Source: an uncultured Gemmatimonadales bacterium
Lineage (GTDB): Bacteria; Gemmatimonadota; Gemmatimonadetes; Gemmatimonadales; GWC2-71-9
Assembly (NCBI GenBank): GCA_963825055.1
Contig: CAWGSK010000011.1
Location: forward strand, 1 to 64,000
Reading direction: 5' to 3'
Length of the DNA stretch: 64,000 nucleotides
Below, piece by piece: positions 18,078 to 27,723 of the stretch. The stretch's first letter is position 1, and each line of letters begins with the position of its first letter. Position numbers and translations under genes: made by a program. The notes beneath the pieces were generated by a model. That model did no database searches and had not been told where the DNA came from. It worked only from the letters and a program-made list of their open reading frames with translations.

Positions 18078-18432
18078 ATGCCGCACTACCTGATTGCCGG
18101 GTACCTTCCCGACGACTTCGACCCGTCCACGCAGGATGAAGCGATGGTGGAGGAGATTCACGCGCTCAACCGCGAAATGGTCGCGGCCGGAATCCGGCGG
18201 TTCGCCGGAGGGCCTGGGCGCCGCACACACCCTGCGGGCCCGGCCCGATGGCGAGGTGCACATCACCGACGGGCCATACCTGGAGAGCAAGGAGCTGATC
18301 GGCGGCATTACGATTGTGGAAACCAGGGACCTGGACGAGGCGCTGGCGTGGGCGCAGCGGGGCGTCAAGGCGTTCCGGATGCCGGTCGAGGTCCGGGAGA
18401 TCTTCTTCAACCCGGCCCCCGGGCAGGCCTGA
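18078..18432 (+). pseudogene. YciI/DGPF family protein with frameshift near 18210
   Basis: MPHYLIA..HALNREM in one frame; TDGPYLESKELIGG..PVEVR in another. Confidence 0.8.
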
Positions 18433-18442
18433 AGGAGGCCAC

Positions 18443-18662
18443 GTGACGGTCAAGCGGATGGACAACGTCGGCATCGTGGTGGAATCCCTTGAAACGGCCA
18501 TCGCGTTCTTCGCCGAGCTCGGCCTCTCGCTCGAAGGGCGGGCCACGGTTGAAGGAGACTGGGCCGGGCGCATTACCGGACTGCACCCCATGCGGGTCGA
18601 GATCGCCATGATGCGCACCCCCGACGGTCACAGCCGGCTCGAGCTCTCGCGATTTCTCACCC
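18443..18662 (+). pseudogene. VOC/glyoxalase gene, 3'-truncated
   Basis: RMDNVGIVVE..AMMRTPDGHSRLELSRFLTP, then an abrupt switch to an attC fragment. Confidence 0.75.
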
Positions 18663-18715
18663 CGGCGCCGCCAGCCCCCTTGGCGGCGGGCGGGGGCCAG
18701 TGCATACTGGGCGGA
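18663..18715 (+). repeat. attC family A internal fragment
   Basis: CCCCTTGGCGGCGGGCGGGGGCCAGTGCATACT. Confidence 0.6.
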
Positions 18716-18735
18716 CGCCCGCTCCCGGGAGCACG

Positions 18736-18875
18736 ATGCGACCCCTCCGGTATTCCATCAACGTCACCCTGAACGGGTGTTGCGATCATCGGGCGATTGT
18801 CCCGGGCGAGGCGCTGCACCAGTACGCCGCCAGCGGGCTCGATCAGGCCGACGCCCTGCTCTCTGGCCGGGTGGC
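18736..18875 (+). pseudogene. 5' stub of a DHFR (RibD-C) family gene
   Basis: MRPLRYSINVTLNGCCDH..ADALLSGRV, in frame with the next gene. Confidence 0.7.
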
Positions 18876-18888
18876 GGCTCGGGAAGAC

Positions 18889-19872
18889 GTGAAGCCGGCT
18901 GGCATCGTTTGCCTGGCCCGGGCCGCCCGAATCGCCGGGGCGCTGGCGACTGCGGCCGTGCTCGCCGTCCCGCTTCCGGCCTGGGCGCAGGCCAACTGTT
19001 CGACCGAGCCGCTGGCGGTGCAGGTCCTGGGATCTGGGGGGCCGTCGGCAGGAGGCACCCGGGCGTCTACCGCGTATCTCCTCTGGCGCCGTGGCCGGGC
19101 CGTGGTGATGGTCGATGCCGGCGGCGGGGCGTTCCTGCGTTTCGGCGAGGCGGGCGCGAAGCTGCAGGACCTGTCGCTGCTGGCCATCAGTCACCTGCAT
19201 CCCGACCACGTCTCCGACCTGCCAGCCCTCCTCTGGCTCAGCGAACTCGCGCGTCGCCAGCCGCTGAGAGTGGCCGGCCCCGTGGGAGGAGGCCGGTTTC
19301 CTTCCTTCGATGCCTTCCTCACCCGGCTGTTCGATGCCGGCAGTGGCGCCTTCCCGATGCTCGCCGGGACGCTGGGGCAACCAGGCCAGGGGGTTCGGCT
19401 GGACGTCATCCTCGTCGATGCCTCGGCTGCCACGGCCCAGGCGGTCCTGTCGGATACCAGCCTCGTGGTCAGCGCCATGGGCGTCCCGCACGGCGACGTG
19501 CCGTCACTCGCGTACCGGATCGAGGTCGATGGTCGCCGCATCGTATTCGGCAGTGACCAGAACGGCAGTGACCCGGGGTTCAGCACCTTCGCCAGCGGTG
19601 CCGACATCCTGGTGATGCACCTCGGGCTGTCAGCCCGGGCGGGCCCGCCGCTGACCAGCCTGCACGCGGCTCCGGCAACGGTGGGCGGCCTCGCCCGTGA
19701 CGCGAAGGCGAAGCGGCTCGTGCTGAGTCATTTCATGGAGGCCCCGCCGGCCGTCGCGACTCCCGAGTGGTTCAGCCTGTTCAATCTCGATCGCACGGTC
19801 GCCGAAGTCGGGGAGTACTTCCCGGGGCCCATCGTCGCAGCCGCAGACCTGCAATGCATCCCGATTCCATAG
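18889..19872 (+). CDS. secreted MBL-fold metallo-hydrolase (RNase Z/AtsA-like)
   Basis: QVLGSGGP, VDAGGG, SHLHPDH, VPHG, GSDQ, LVLSH; signal peptide. Confidence 0.88.
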   Translation: MKPAGIVCLARAARIAGALATAAVLAVPLPAWAQANCSTEPLAVQVLGSGGPSAGGTRASTAYLLWRRGRAVVMVDAGGGAFLRFGEAGAKLQDLSLLAISHLHPDHVSDLPALLWLSELARRQPLRVAGPVGGGRFPSFDAFLTRLFDAGSGAFPMLAGTLGQPGQGVRLDVILVDASAATAQAVLSDTSLVVSAMGVPHGDVPSLAYRIEVDGRRIVFGSDQNGSDPGFSTFASGADILVMHLGLSARAGPPLTSLHAAPATVGGLARDAKAKRLVLSHFMEAPPAVATPEWFSLFNLDRTVAEVGEYFPGPIVAAADLQCIPIP

Positions 19873-19969
19873 ACGGACAAGGCACTGAACCAGGTGAAGG
19901 CGGCCACGGGGCGTGGTTGGCGGGGGAGAGCACCAGGTAGCACCTACCTACTCCACGACGGAGGGAACG

Positions 19970-21277
19970 ATGAAGGCATTCATCATCCTCATCGCGGCGG
20001 CTGCGGCAGGCACCGTCGTGTGGGGCGCCGTTATCGGCGCTCGACCAGTGTCGCTCAGGCCCACTGTGGAGATGCCCGTGGACTCGACCTGGTACCAGAC
20101 GCTCCCCGTCGATCCGAGTGCCGCCACCGTGGCTTATCTCCACCGGGCGCGAGCCAGCGTCCGGGCCCGGGGCGAAGCACTCAGTACCAGCCGATACCGC
20201 GTCGTCGCCGTTCGCATCGTGGTACTGGTCGGATCCACCCTTCTTATTCTGTTCACCGGCCTGGCCGAAAGGATGGGCAGGTTTGCGCGCCGGGTAACCG
20301 GACTGGTCCCCCTTCAAGACGCGCTTGCGGCGCTTGGTCTCTTGGTGGTGCTGTTCCTGATCGACCTCCCGGTCGAGACCTATGCCGGCTTCATTCGGCC
20401 GCACCTTGCCGGCCTCTCCCCGCTACCGTATCCGGCCTGGCTCACGGATCACCTGATCAACTGGGCAGTGATCACCGTGTTTGACATCGTGGGCATCGTC
20501 CTCCTGTTCACCCTCATTCGCCGCCGCCCCACGTCCTGGGCTGGGTGGGGCACCGCGCTCTACGGCGCCCTCGCTGCCTTCTACCTGATCATCTCTCCAC
20601 AGTACATCGAGCCGCTCTTCAACCGCATTACGCCGCTTCCCGACAGCCCGCGAAAAGAGGCCATCCTCTCCCTGGCGCGAGCCAACGGGGTCCCCGCGGA
20701 GGATGTATTCGTCCGGGATGCGTCCCGGCAAGGCGTGTTCCTCAATGCTCACGTGTCGGGAGTCCTGGGGACGGCCAGGATCACCCTGGATGACAATACC
20801 ATCGAGCAGGCCTCAGAGCCGGTCCTGATGTGGGTCATGGCCCACGAAGTGGGACACTACGTGATGGCACACGTTGAGAAGGAGGTCGTGTTCGACACTC
20901 TCGTGATGGGCCTGGGCCTCGTCCTCATCGGGTGGGCCTGCCGTGGGCTCATCGGCCGGTTCGGTCCCCGCTGGCGGGTAACAGCCCTGAGCGATATCGG
21001 CGCGCTGCCGCTCTTCTGGGGTCTCTTCCTCCTCTGGGGGTTCATCGCGATGCCCCTCACCAACAGCATCTCACGAGAGCAGGAACGGGAAGCGGACCTG
21101 TACGGACTCAACGCATCGCGGGAACCGCTGGGCCTGGCGGAGGGCACGATCGGCTACGCGGGCGTGATGCAATTGAACCCACCGCCGCTCCTGGAATGGA
21201 TCTTCTTCACTCACCCGAGCCCGAGGCAGCGGATCTATTCAGCAATGCAGTGGCGGGCCGAGCACTTGCCGAAGTGA
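19970..21277 (+). CDS. M48 family (Ste24-like) metallopeptidase
   Basis: NAHVSG, HEVGH, EREAD and THP motifs with TM segments. Confidence 0.9.
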   Translation: MKAFIILIAAAAAGTVVWGAVIGARPVSLRPTVEMPVDSTWYQTLPVDPSAATVAYLHRARASVRARGEALSTSRYRVVAVRIVVLVGSTLLILFTGLAERMGRFARRVTGLVPLQDALAALGLLVVLFLIDLPVETYAGFIRPHLAGLSPLPYPAWLTDHLINWAVITVFDIVGIVLLFTLIRRRPTSWAGWGTALYGALAAFYLIISPQYIEPLFNRITPLPDSPRKEAILSLARANGVPAEDVFVRDASRQGVFLNAHVSGVLGTARITLDDNTIEQASEPVLMWVMAHEVGHYVMAHVEKEVVFDTLVMGLGLVLIGWACRGLIGRFGPRWRVTALSDIGALPLFWGLFLLWGFIAMPLTNSISREQEREADLYGLNASREPLGLAEGTIGYAGVMQLNPPPLLEWIFFTHPSPRQRIYSAMQWRAEHLPK

Positions 21278-21472
21278 CGGGCACCGAAGACCGATGCGCG
21301 CCCTGGAAGCGCGCACGGGCCAGCTCGAGGCGTATGGCTGCGTGATAGCGCCTGAGGGCTCCGCTGGGGGTGCGGTTCCATTCTGAATACCATCCCTTCA
21401 GGCCAGTCGCCTGGATGGAGCCGTTCGCCCTGACGATCAACGCTGCCAGGAAATACTTCGTCGGTCGGCAGG

Positions 21473-21529
21473 TACTTTCCGGGATCGATCATCGCGGCAA
21501 CCGACCTCCAGTGCATTCCGATTCCGTAG
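21473..21529 (+). pseudogene. 3'-end fragment of an MBL hydrolase paralog
   Basis: YFPGSIIAATDLQCIPIP* versus YFPGPIVAAADLQCIPIP* at 19816-19872. Confidence 0.75.
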
Positions 21530-21540
21530 TGGAATTGTAC

Positions 21541-21957
21541 ATGAGAGTTCTTCAGATCACGCTCCTGTGCCTCTGCGCGTCTGCCTCGTCCGTGCGAGCA
21601 CAGGCTGCCCAGGCCGATACCATGCCTGCCACCGTCGTACAGCGCTTCGTGGACGGGGCCAACACCCGCGACCTGCCCCTCATGATGTCCGTGGTGGCAA
21701 CCGAGGCCGTGTTCGCCCGGCTGCCGGACGGCCGAACGCTGGCCGTGGGCCGTGACAGTGTCCAGGCGTTCTACCAGCGTGTCCTGGCCTCCCTTCCGGC
21801 AGCCTTCCGGGTGACCATCGAGTCCCGCATGCGCGAGGGCGCTTTCGTCATGGACCGGGAATACTTCACCGGTGCCGTCACACCCGGCGGGGATCACGCA
21901 ACATGGCTGTACCACGTCACCGGCGGCCTCATCCGGCAGGCGTGGGTTCTTCAATAG
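21541..21957 (+). CDS. secreted SnoaL/NTF2-like protein
   Basis: Signal peptide; VVQRFVDGANTRD..YHVTGGLIRQAW. Confidence 0.75.
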   Translation: MRVLQITLLCLCASASSVRAQAAQADTMPATVVQRFVDGANTRDLPLMMSVVATEAVFARLPDGRTLAVGRDSVQAFYQRVLASLPAAFRVTIESRMREGAFVMDREYFTGAVTPGGDHATWLYHVTGGLIRQAWVLQ

Positions 21958-21989
21958 GTTCTCTCCTCCTCCTGCTGCGGGAGTACGCT

Positions 21990-22430
21990 GTGCAGAACCG
22001 TCTCGCTGTCCTCGCGCTCCTCGGCAGCCTCCTCCCCACCATCGCGCGAGCCCAAGGCCCCACGCCTGCCCCGGTGCTCCCGGACACCGTCCACTGGGTA
22101 AGTCCGCCCACCATCCCCGGCCTCACGGCAGCCTGGCTCCTCGGCGCCGAGCAGAAGCCCGGACCGTACATCCTCAGAGTCAGGCTCGCGGCGGGGACGC
22201 GGCTTCCACCGCATACCCATCCCGACGAACGCAACAGCACCGTGCTGGCCGGCACGATCTACGTCGGGTTCGGCAAAACCTTCGATACGACGAAGGTCGT
22301 GGCGATCCCGGCCGGGGCGGTCTACGTCGCGCCCGCGGGCGTTCCCCATTATGTCTGGGCCAGGGATGGTGCTGCGATGTATCAGGAAGCGGGAGTGGGA
22401 CCTACCGGGACATCTGTGATCGAGCCATAG
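21990..22430 (+). CDS. cupin domain protein (secreted)
   Basis: PPHTHPDER..VLAG..PAGVPHY. Confidence 0.85.
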   Translation: MQNRLAVLALLGSLLPTIARAQGPTPAPVLPDTVHWVSPPTIPGLTAAWLLGAEQKPGPYILRVRLAAGTRLPPHTHPDERNSTVLAGTIYVGFGKTFDTTKVVAIPAGAVYVAPAGVPHYVWARDGAAMYQEAGVGPTGTSVIEP

Positions 22431-22521
22431 CGCAAGTCAGGCCCGCTCTCCAACACCTACCGCCGCGCGCGGTCCGGGGACAGGCTCGCCATCGCCTTCC
22501 TTGCCTCGGCCACCCTCGGCT

Positions 22522-22632
22522 GGCTGCAATGTCCTGGACCGGATCGATGAGTCCGAGTTCGACAGGTTTGCCTGGGTCATCGAGCCGGAGGGGAACGAGG
22601 TAGAGTTGTGGTAACCGCCGGCAGGGCAATAG
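22522..22632 (+). pseudogene. 3' stub of a VOC family gene
   Basis: GCNVLDRIDESEFDRFAWVIEPEGNEVELW*PPAGQ with an internal stop. Confidence 0.65.
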
Positions 22633-22695
22633 AACGCGCCGCCCCGCCCGTCGGCGCCGCGTTTGGGCCGTTCACCAGGTCTGGAGGACCCCAGC

Positions 22696-23056
22696 ATGCC
22701 CCCACGGCAAGATCTGTTATCTCGAGATTCCGGCGGGCCGGGCCGAGGACGCCGCAGTCTTCTACTGCAGCATCTTCAACTGGAAGGTGCGCGAACGGGG
22801 CGACGGGAACCTCGCCTTCGATGATACTGGCGGCGTGAGTGGGACCTGGGTGAAGGAAGAGGACCATACGCCTGACGAGCCGACCCGGGTGTACATCATG
22901 GCGGACAGCATCGCCGAGACACTGGAGCGGATCGTGTCGGCGGGCGGGAGGATCCTGACGCCCCGGACGGAGATCGGTCCCGGCATGGGTGCTTTCGCAG
23001 CCTTTTCAGACCCGGTCGGCAACGAGTTCGGGCTCTACGAAGAACCCCGTCGATAG
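22696..23056 (+). CDS. VOC family protein (extra C in homopolymer after ATG)
   Basis: HGKICYLEIP..FY..IFNW..FSDPVGNEFGLY. The ATG at 22696 with GGAGG is one base out of frame. Confidence 0.75.
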
Positions 23057-23136
23057 CCGACGCTGTCGAGGCGCTTTCATTACATTAGGCATGGAACGGG
23101 CACCCCCACGCCGGCTCCCCCTGCCCCGAGCCCCCC

Positions 23137-23565
23137 ATGAAGCAGACCATCAGCGCCCGATTCGCCATCCAGTCCTGGGATGAGAAACCGTATCACGAGG
23201 TCCCCGGCCAGCCGAAGCTCACCCGGGCTGCGGTCCGGAAGACCTACACCGGCGAGCTGGCGGGTGAGGGATACGTCGAGTACCTGATGATGTACCACCG
23301 CGACGGCTCGGCGGCCTTCGTCGGCCTCGAACTGGTCAGCGGCACGCTCGCCGGCCGCGCCGGAAGCTTCGTCCTCCAGCGGACCGGGGTCTTCGAGGGC
23401 GGCCGGGCCAAGGAGTCCTACATCGTGCTCGCCGGGTCGGCCACCAACGAACTCTGCGGGCTCCGGGGCCAGGGCACTTCGGCGGTCGGGCACGGCACGG
23501 AACATCCTATCGCCCTGGACTACGAGCTCCCCGGCACCCCGCGGGACGCCGGACAGAGCGCTTGA
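23137..23565 (+). CDS. DUF3224 family protein
   Basis: SWDEKPY, AFVGLE..GTLAGRAGSFVLQ, GSATNELCGLRG. Confidence 0.85.
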   Translation: MKQTISARFAIQSWDEKPYHEVPGQPKLTRAAVRKTYTGELAGEGYVEYLMMYHRDGSAAFVGLELVSGTLAGRAGSFVLQRTGVFEGGRAKESYIVLAGSATNELCGLRGQGTSAVGHGTEHPIALDYELPGTPRDAGQSA

Positions 23566-23966
23566 GCTTCGCCATCGGGGTGGGACTGGCCCTCCTGGTC
23601 GGGGCGCTGGCCACCGTCGTGCGCCTGGACCGTGACCGGGCTCTCTACCCCACGGTCATGATTGTGATCGCGGCGTACTACCCCCTGTTCGCGGCGATGA
23701 ATGGCACGTCCCAGACCCTCGTCATCGAGTCGCTGGTGGGACTGATTTTTGTGGGGATGGCACTGGCCGGATTCCGGGGTACGCTGTGGCTGGCCGTGGC
23801 CGCCCTCGCAGGGCACGGCATCTTCGACCTGGCCCACCCGTACCTCTATGCCAACCCCGGCGTCCCGGCCTGGTGGCCCTCATTCTGCCTCGCCTATGAC
23901 GTGGTGGCCGCGGGCTATCTCGCCTGGCTGCTCGGCAGCCGGCAAGTGCGCACCAGGGCAGCCTGA
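23562..23966 (+). CDS. hypothetical membrane protein
   Basis: Hydrophobic; HGIFD..PAWWPSFCLAYD; overlaps the upstream stop. Confidence 0.75.
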   Translation: MSFAIGVGLALLVGALATVVRLDRDRALYPTVMIVIAAYYPLFAAMNGTSQTLVIESLVGLIFVGMALAGFRGTLWLAVAALAGHGIFDLAHPYLYANPGVPAWWPSFCLAYDVVAAGYLAWLLGSRQVRTRAA

Positions 23967-23995
23967 AGGCGATTCATTTCACCCCTGGAGTGCGC

Positions 23996-25987
23996 ATGAC
24001 GCGGCAGCCCGTCGCTGTTCGTTCCGTGGACTGGCGATATTCAGCGGTACTCCTGCTGGTCGGCGCAGCCCTTCCCGTCTCCGGAACGCTCCGCGCCCAG
24101 ACCCCCCAGACACTCGAATCGCCCGACGGCCGCATCCGGGTGGACGTCCGCGCCACCGACCGCCTGCGGTACGACGTCCGGTTCGACGGGAAGCTGCTGC
24201 TCCAGGATGCGACGCTCGCGCTGGTCATTGATGGTGATACGCTCGGTGTCCAACCGCACGTGACCGCCAGGAACGTTCGGAGCGTCGACACCATGGTCGA
24301 ACCGGTGGTCCGGCAGAAAGCCGCCCGCCTCCGGGACCGGTATCGCGAATTACGCCTCGATCTGCGGGGCCACTATGCCGTGGTCTTTCGCGCCTATGAC
24401 GAGGGCGTCGCGTATCGGTTCGAGACAACGCTGCCTCGGGACACCGTGAAAGTGGAGGCGGAGGAAGCCCGCTTCCCGTTTCCCGCCGGTGCCCGCGCCT
24501 GGTTTCCCTCCGAGGAAGGCTTCTTCTCACACAACGAACGGGCCTTCACTGACTACGCCCTCCGCGAGCTCACCGACGACTCGCTCGCCAGTGTGCCCGT
24601 GGTCGTCAACGTCGGAGGCGTGAAGGTGGCCCTCGCCGATGCCGACATCGAGGAGTACCCCGGTATCTGGTTCCGCGGCACCGGGACCAGCACCGTCATG
24701 GCCGACTTTCCTGCGTACCCCCTTGAGGAAACACTGCACCGCGACCGGGACTTCCAGGTCACGAAGCGGGCCGGCTACCTGGCCGTGACACGGGGAACCC
24801 GCACGTACCCCTGGCGGGTCATGGGCATCGCGGCGGATGACGCCGACCTGATCACCAGCTCGCTGGTGTACCTGCTCGGCAGCCCCTCGCGCGTCGACGA
24901 TCCCACCTGGATCCACCCGGGTAAAGTCGCCTGGGACTGGTACAACGCGAACAACATCTACGGGGTCGGCTTCAAATCCGGCGTGAACACGGAGACCTAC
25001 AAGTACTACATCGATTTCGCGTCGCAGTACGGCATCGAGTACATCATTCTCGATGAGGGCTGGTACCGGCTTGGCAACCTGCTGGACGTCGTCCCCGAGA
25101 TGGACATCCAGGCACTGGTGGACTATGGGCGGCGGAAACACGTGGGCATCATCCTGTGGGTCGTCGCGAAGACGCTCGCGGACCAGATGGAGCCGGCGCT
25201 CGACCAGTTCCAGCGCTGGGGTGTCAAGGGCGTCAAGGTGGACTTCATGCAGCGCGATGACCAGAAAATGATGGAGTTCTACCACACCGCCTGCCGCGAG
25301 GCCGCAAAGCGGCACCTGCTCGTCGACTTCCATGGGGCCATCCGGCCCGCCACCATGACCCGCACCTGGCCCAACATCCTCTCCACCGAGGGGGTCCGCG
25401 GCCTGGAGCAGGACAAGTGGAGTCTCCTGTCCAACCCGGAACACAACGTCACCATCCCCTTCACCCGCATGTTCCTGGGCCCGATGGACTACACGCCCGG
25501 GGCCATGCGGAACGCGTCGCAGAAGAGCTTCGCCCCGGTCTGGGAAGAGCCCATGAGCCCGGGCACCCGCGCCCACCAGCTGGCCATGTACGTGGTATTC
25601 GAGAGCCCGCTCCAGATGCTGGCCGACAACCCGTCGAACTACCTGCGCGAACCGGAGGTCATGGAGTTCCTTGGCCCGGTCCCGACCACATGGGACGAAA
25701 CCCGGGTGCTCGAGGCCCGGATCGGCGACTATGTCGCCATCGCCCGCCGCAGGGGCAGCGACTGGTACATCGGCGCGATGACCGACTGGACGCCGCGCGA
25801 CCTGGAGATCGACCTGTCATTCCTGCCAGAGGGCACCTTCGCGATGGAGGCCTGGGAGGACGGCGTCAATGCCGATCGCCACGCCGCCGACTACCGGAAG
25901 ACCAGCCGGCAGGTGGACCGGACAGAACGGCTGACCGTCCACCTCGCCCCGGGCGGTGGATGGGTGGCCCACCTCCACGGGCGGTAG
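23996..25987 (+). CDS. glycoside hydrolase family 97
   Basis: WIHPGKVAWDW, YIDFAS, LDEGW, GVKVDF, EGVRGLE, GPMDYTPG. Confidence 0.95.
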   Translation: MTRQPVAVRSVDWRYSAVLLLVGAALPVSGTLRAQTPQTLESPDGRIRVDVRATDRLRYDVRFDGKLLLQDATLALVIDGDTLGVQPHVTARNVRSVDTMVEPVVRQKAARLRDRYRELRLDLRGHYAVVFRAYDEGVAYRFETTLPRDTVKVEAEEARFPFPAGARAWFPSEEGFFSHNERAFTDYALRELTDDSLASVPVVVNVGGVKVALADADIEEYPGIWFRGTGTSTVMADFPAYPLEETLHRDRDFQVTKRAGYLAVTRGTRTYPWRVMGIAADDADLITSSLVYLLGSPSRVDDPTWIHPGKVAWDWYNANNIYGVGFKSGVNTETYKYYIDFASQYGIEYIILDEGWYRLGNLLDVVPEMDIQALVDYGRRKHVGIILWVVAKTLADQMEPALDQFQRWGVKGVKVDFMQRDDQKMMEFYHTACREAAKRHLLVDFHGAIRPATMTRTWPNILSTEGVRGLEQDKWSLLSNPEHNVTIPFTRMFLGPMDYTPGAMRNASQKSFAPVWEEPMSPGTRAHQLAMYVVFESPLQMLADNPSNYLREPEVMEFLGPVPTTWDETRVLEARIGDYVAIARRRGSDWYIGAMTDWTPRDLEIDLSFLPEGTFAMEAWEDGVNADRHAADYRKTSRQVDRTERLTVHLAPGGGWVAHLHGR

Positions 25988-26377
25988 TCGGCCGCCCGCC
26001 GTGTCCCGCACATTCCCGGCCCGGGTCTCCTGCCGAAGCAGCGCCCCGCTGACGGGATATGCCCAGCGATCAAGGGGCCAACAATCGCTCCTTCGGATGA
26101 CAGGAGGGTTGGGTCGATTGAGCGAGTCGATGCAGGTCACCCTGGAGGCACTTCGGTTCGCTTCGCCCACCGCCGAGCTTCAATCGTCGGCCAGCGGACG
26201 GAGGCGCGCCCTTGCCGGGCAGGCGGGGTGGCGACCGCAGTGACTCAGGCGGGGGCCTGGCGCTCTGCCAAGGAGTAGCGGATTGCCCGGCGGACAGATA
26301 GGGTTTACGGAGGCAGGCTGTCGGCAGGGGGTGTCCCCTGCGGGCCCAATACCTGAGCAGCGAATACGAGAAAGCAC

Positions 26378-27361
26378 ATGCTGACCATTTTCACCACCCT
26401 GGCTGACTGGCTTGCGTTTACGCTCCTTGGCCTGGCGCCGGACTCACGGCTGGGTGGTGCGGTGCACTTTTTCATCGAGGATACGACCAAGATATTTGCC
26501 CTCCTGGTCGTGATGATCTATTTCATTGCGCTTGTTCGTGCGTCTCTGGACATTGCACAGGTTCGCAATTACCTGGCAGGGAAGAACAGATTTATCGGCT
26601 ATTTCATGGGGTCGATATTCGGAGCACTGACACCGTTTTGTTCCTGTTCCAGCATTCCGGTTTTTCTTGGTTTTACGTCGGGAGGCATTCCCGTTGGCAT
26701 CACGATGTCGTTTCTCCTGACGTCGCCGCTGATCAATGAAGTCGCCGTGCTGCTCCTGTTGAGCCTGGTGGGATGGAAAATAACCCTTGTCTATGTACTG
26801 GTCGGGATGGCGGTCGGCATCACGGGCGGCATATTTCTAGACCTTATCCATGCCGAACAACTCCTGCAGCCCTTCGCGCTCAAGGCATATCAATCGGCAA
26901 AGCCCACGGTGATCGGAAACGCCAGCGGACCCACCCTTTCCTTCAGGGACCGGCACGCCTTCGCCAGGCAGGAATTGCTGGATATCCTGAGTCGCGTGTG
27001 GAAATGGGTCTTCATCGGTGTGGGTCTTGGCGCTGCCTTACACGGCTTTGTGCCGGTGTCCTGGATACAGGCGAACCTTGGCAGCGGGCAATGGTGGTCT
27101 GTTCCTTTGGCGGTTCTCATCGGTATTCCGCTCTATTCCAATGCGACAGGCGTCATTCCTGTCATGGAAAGCCTGATCGCCAAAGGCCTGCCGGTTGGAA
27201 CCACTCTGGCCCTGTGCATGAGTACGGTAGCCGCAAGTTTTCCGGAATTCATCCTGCTGAAGCAGGTTATGACCTGGAGGTTACTGTCGATCATTTTAGC
27301 GCTCCTGCTTGCATCCTTTACCGTAGTGGGATGGACTCTGAACGCAATTCATTTCAATTAG
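26378..27361 (+). CDS. ArsP/DUF318-type permease
   Basis: TPFCSCSSIP, SPLINE and IPLYSN motifs. Confidence 0.88.
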   Translation: MLTIFTTLADWLAFTLLGLAPDSRLGGAVHFFIEDTTKIFALLVVMIYFIALVRASLDIAQVRNYLAGKNRFIGYFMGSIFGALTPFCSCSSIPVFLGFTSGGIPVGITMSFLLTSPLINEVAVLLLLSLVGWKITLVYVLVGMAVGITGGIFLDLIHAEQLLQPFALKAYQSAKPTVIGNASGPTLSFRDRHAFARQELLDILSRVWKWVFIGVGLGAALHGFVPVSWIQANLGSGQWWSVPLAVLIGIPLYSNATGVIPVMESLIAKGLPVGTTLALCMSTVAASFPEFILLKQVMTWRLLSIILALLLASFTVVGWTLNAIHFN

Positions 27362-27370
27362 GAGGAATAG

Positions 27371-27622
27371 ATGAAAGAGATACTGGTGTTAGGCACCGGT
27401 TGCGCCAAGTGCAGTAAGACGGCAGAGGTCATTCAATTGCTTGCGACCGAACTCGCCATTCCCGTCCATGTGGTCAAGGAAACCAGTCCAGAGGTCATCA
27501 TGCGCCATGGAGTAATGCGTACGCCGGCCGTCGTGGTCGATGATACTTTGGTGCACTCGGGGTCTGTTCCCGACAGGAAGACCGTGGAACGCTGGCTGAC
27601 ACAGGCCACGACGCGGGCCTGA
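27371..27622 (+). CDS. small thioredoxin-like redox protein (MTH895/ArsE-like)
   Basis: VLGTGCAKC, GVMRTPAVVVD; AGGAGG RBS. Confidence 0.88.
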   Translation: MKEILVLGTGCAKCSKTAEVIQLLATELAIPVHVVKETSPEVIMRHGVMRTPAVVVDDTLVHSGSVPDRKTVERWLTQATTRA

Positions 27623-27723
27623 CCCATCGTCGCAGCGGACGTTGTAGCCCGCCACCCATGTCGCTACCGCCACGGGCGGGGTCGCCTCACCTGGCGCTGG
27701 ACCTGCGCCAGCGGAGCGCCTCA

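Noticed and set aside
26040..26250. Possible attC or REP remnant after GH97
   Set aside because: GGCCAAC and a GAGCTTCAATCGTCGGC arm are present, but I could not pair the arms convincingly.
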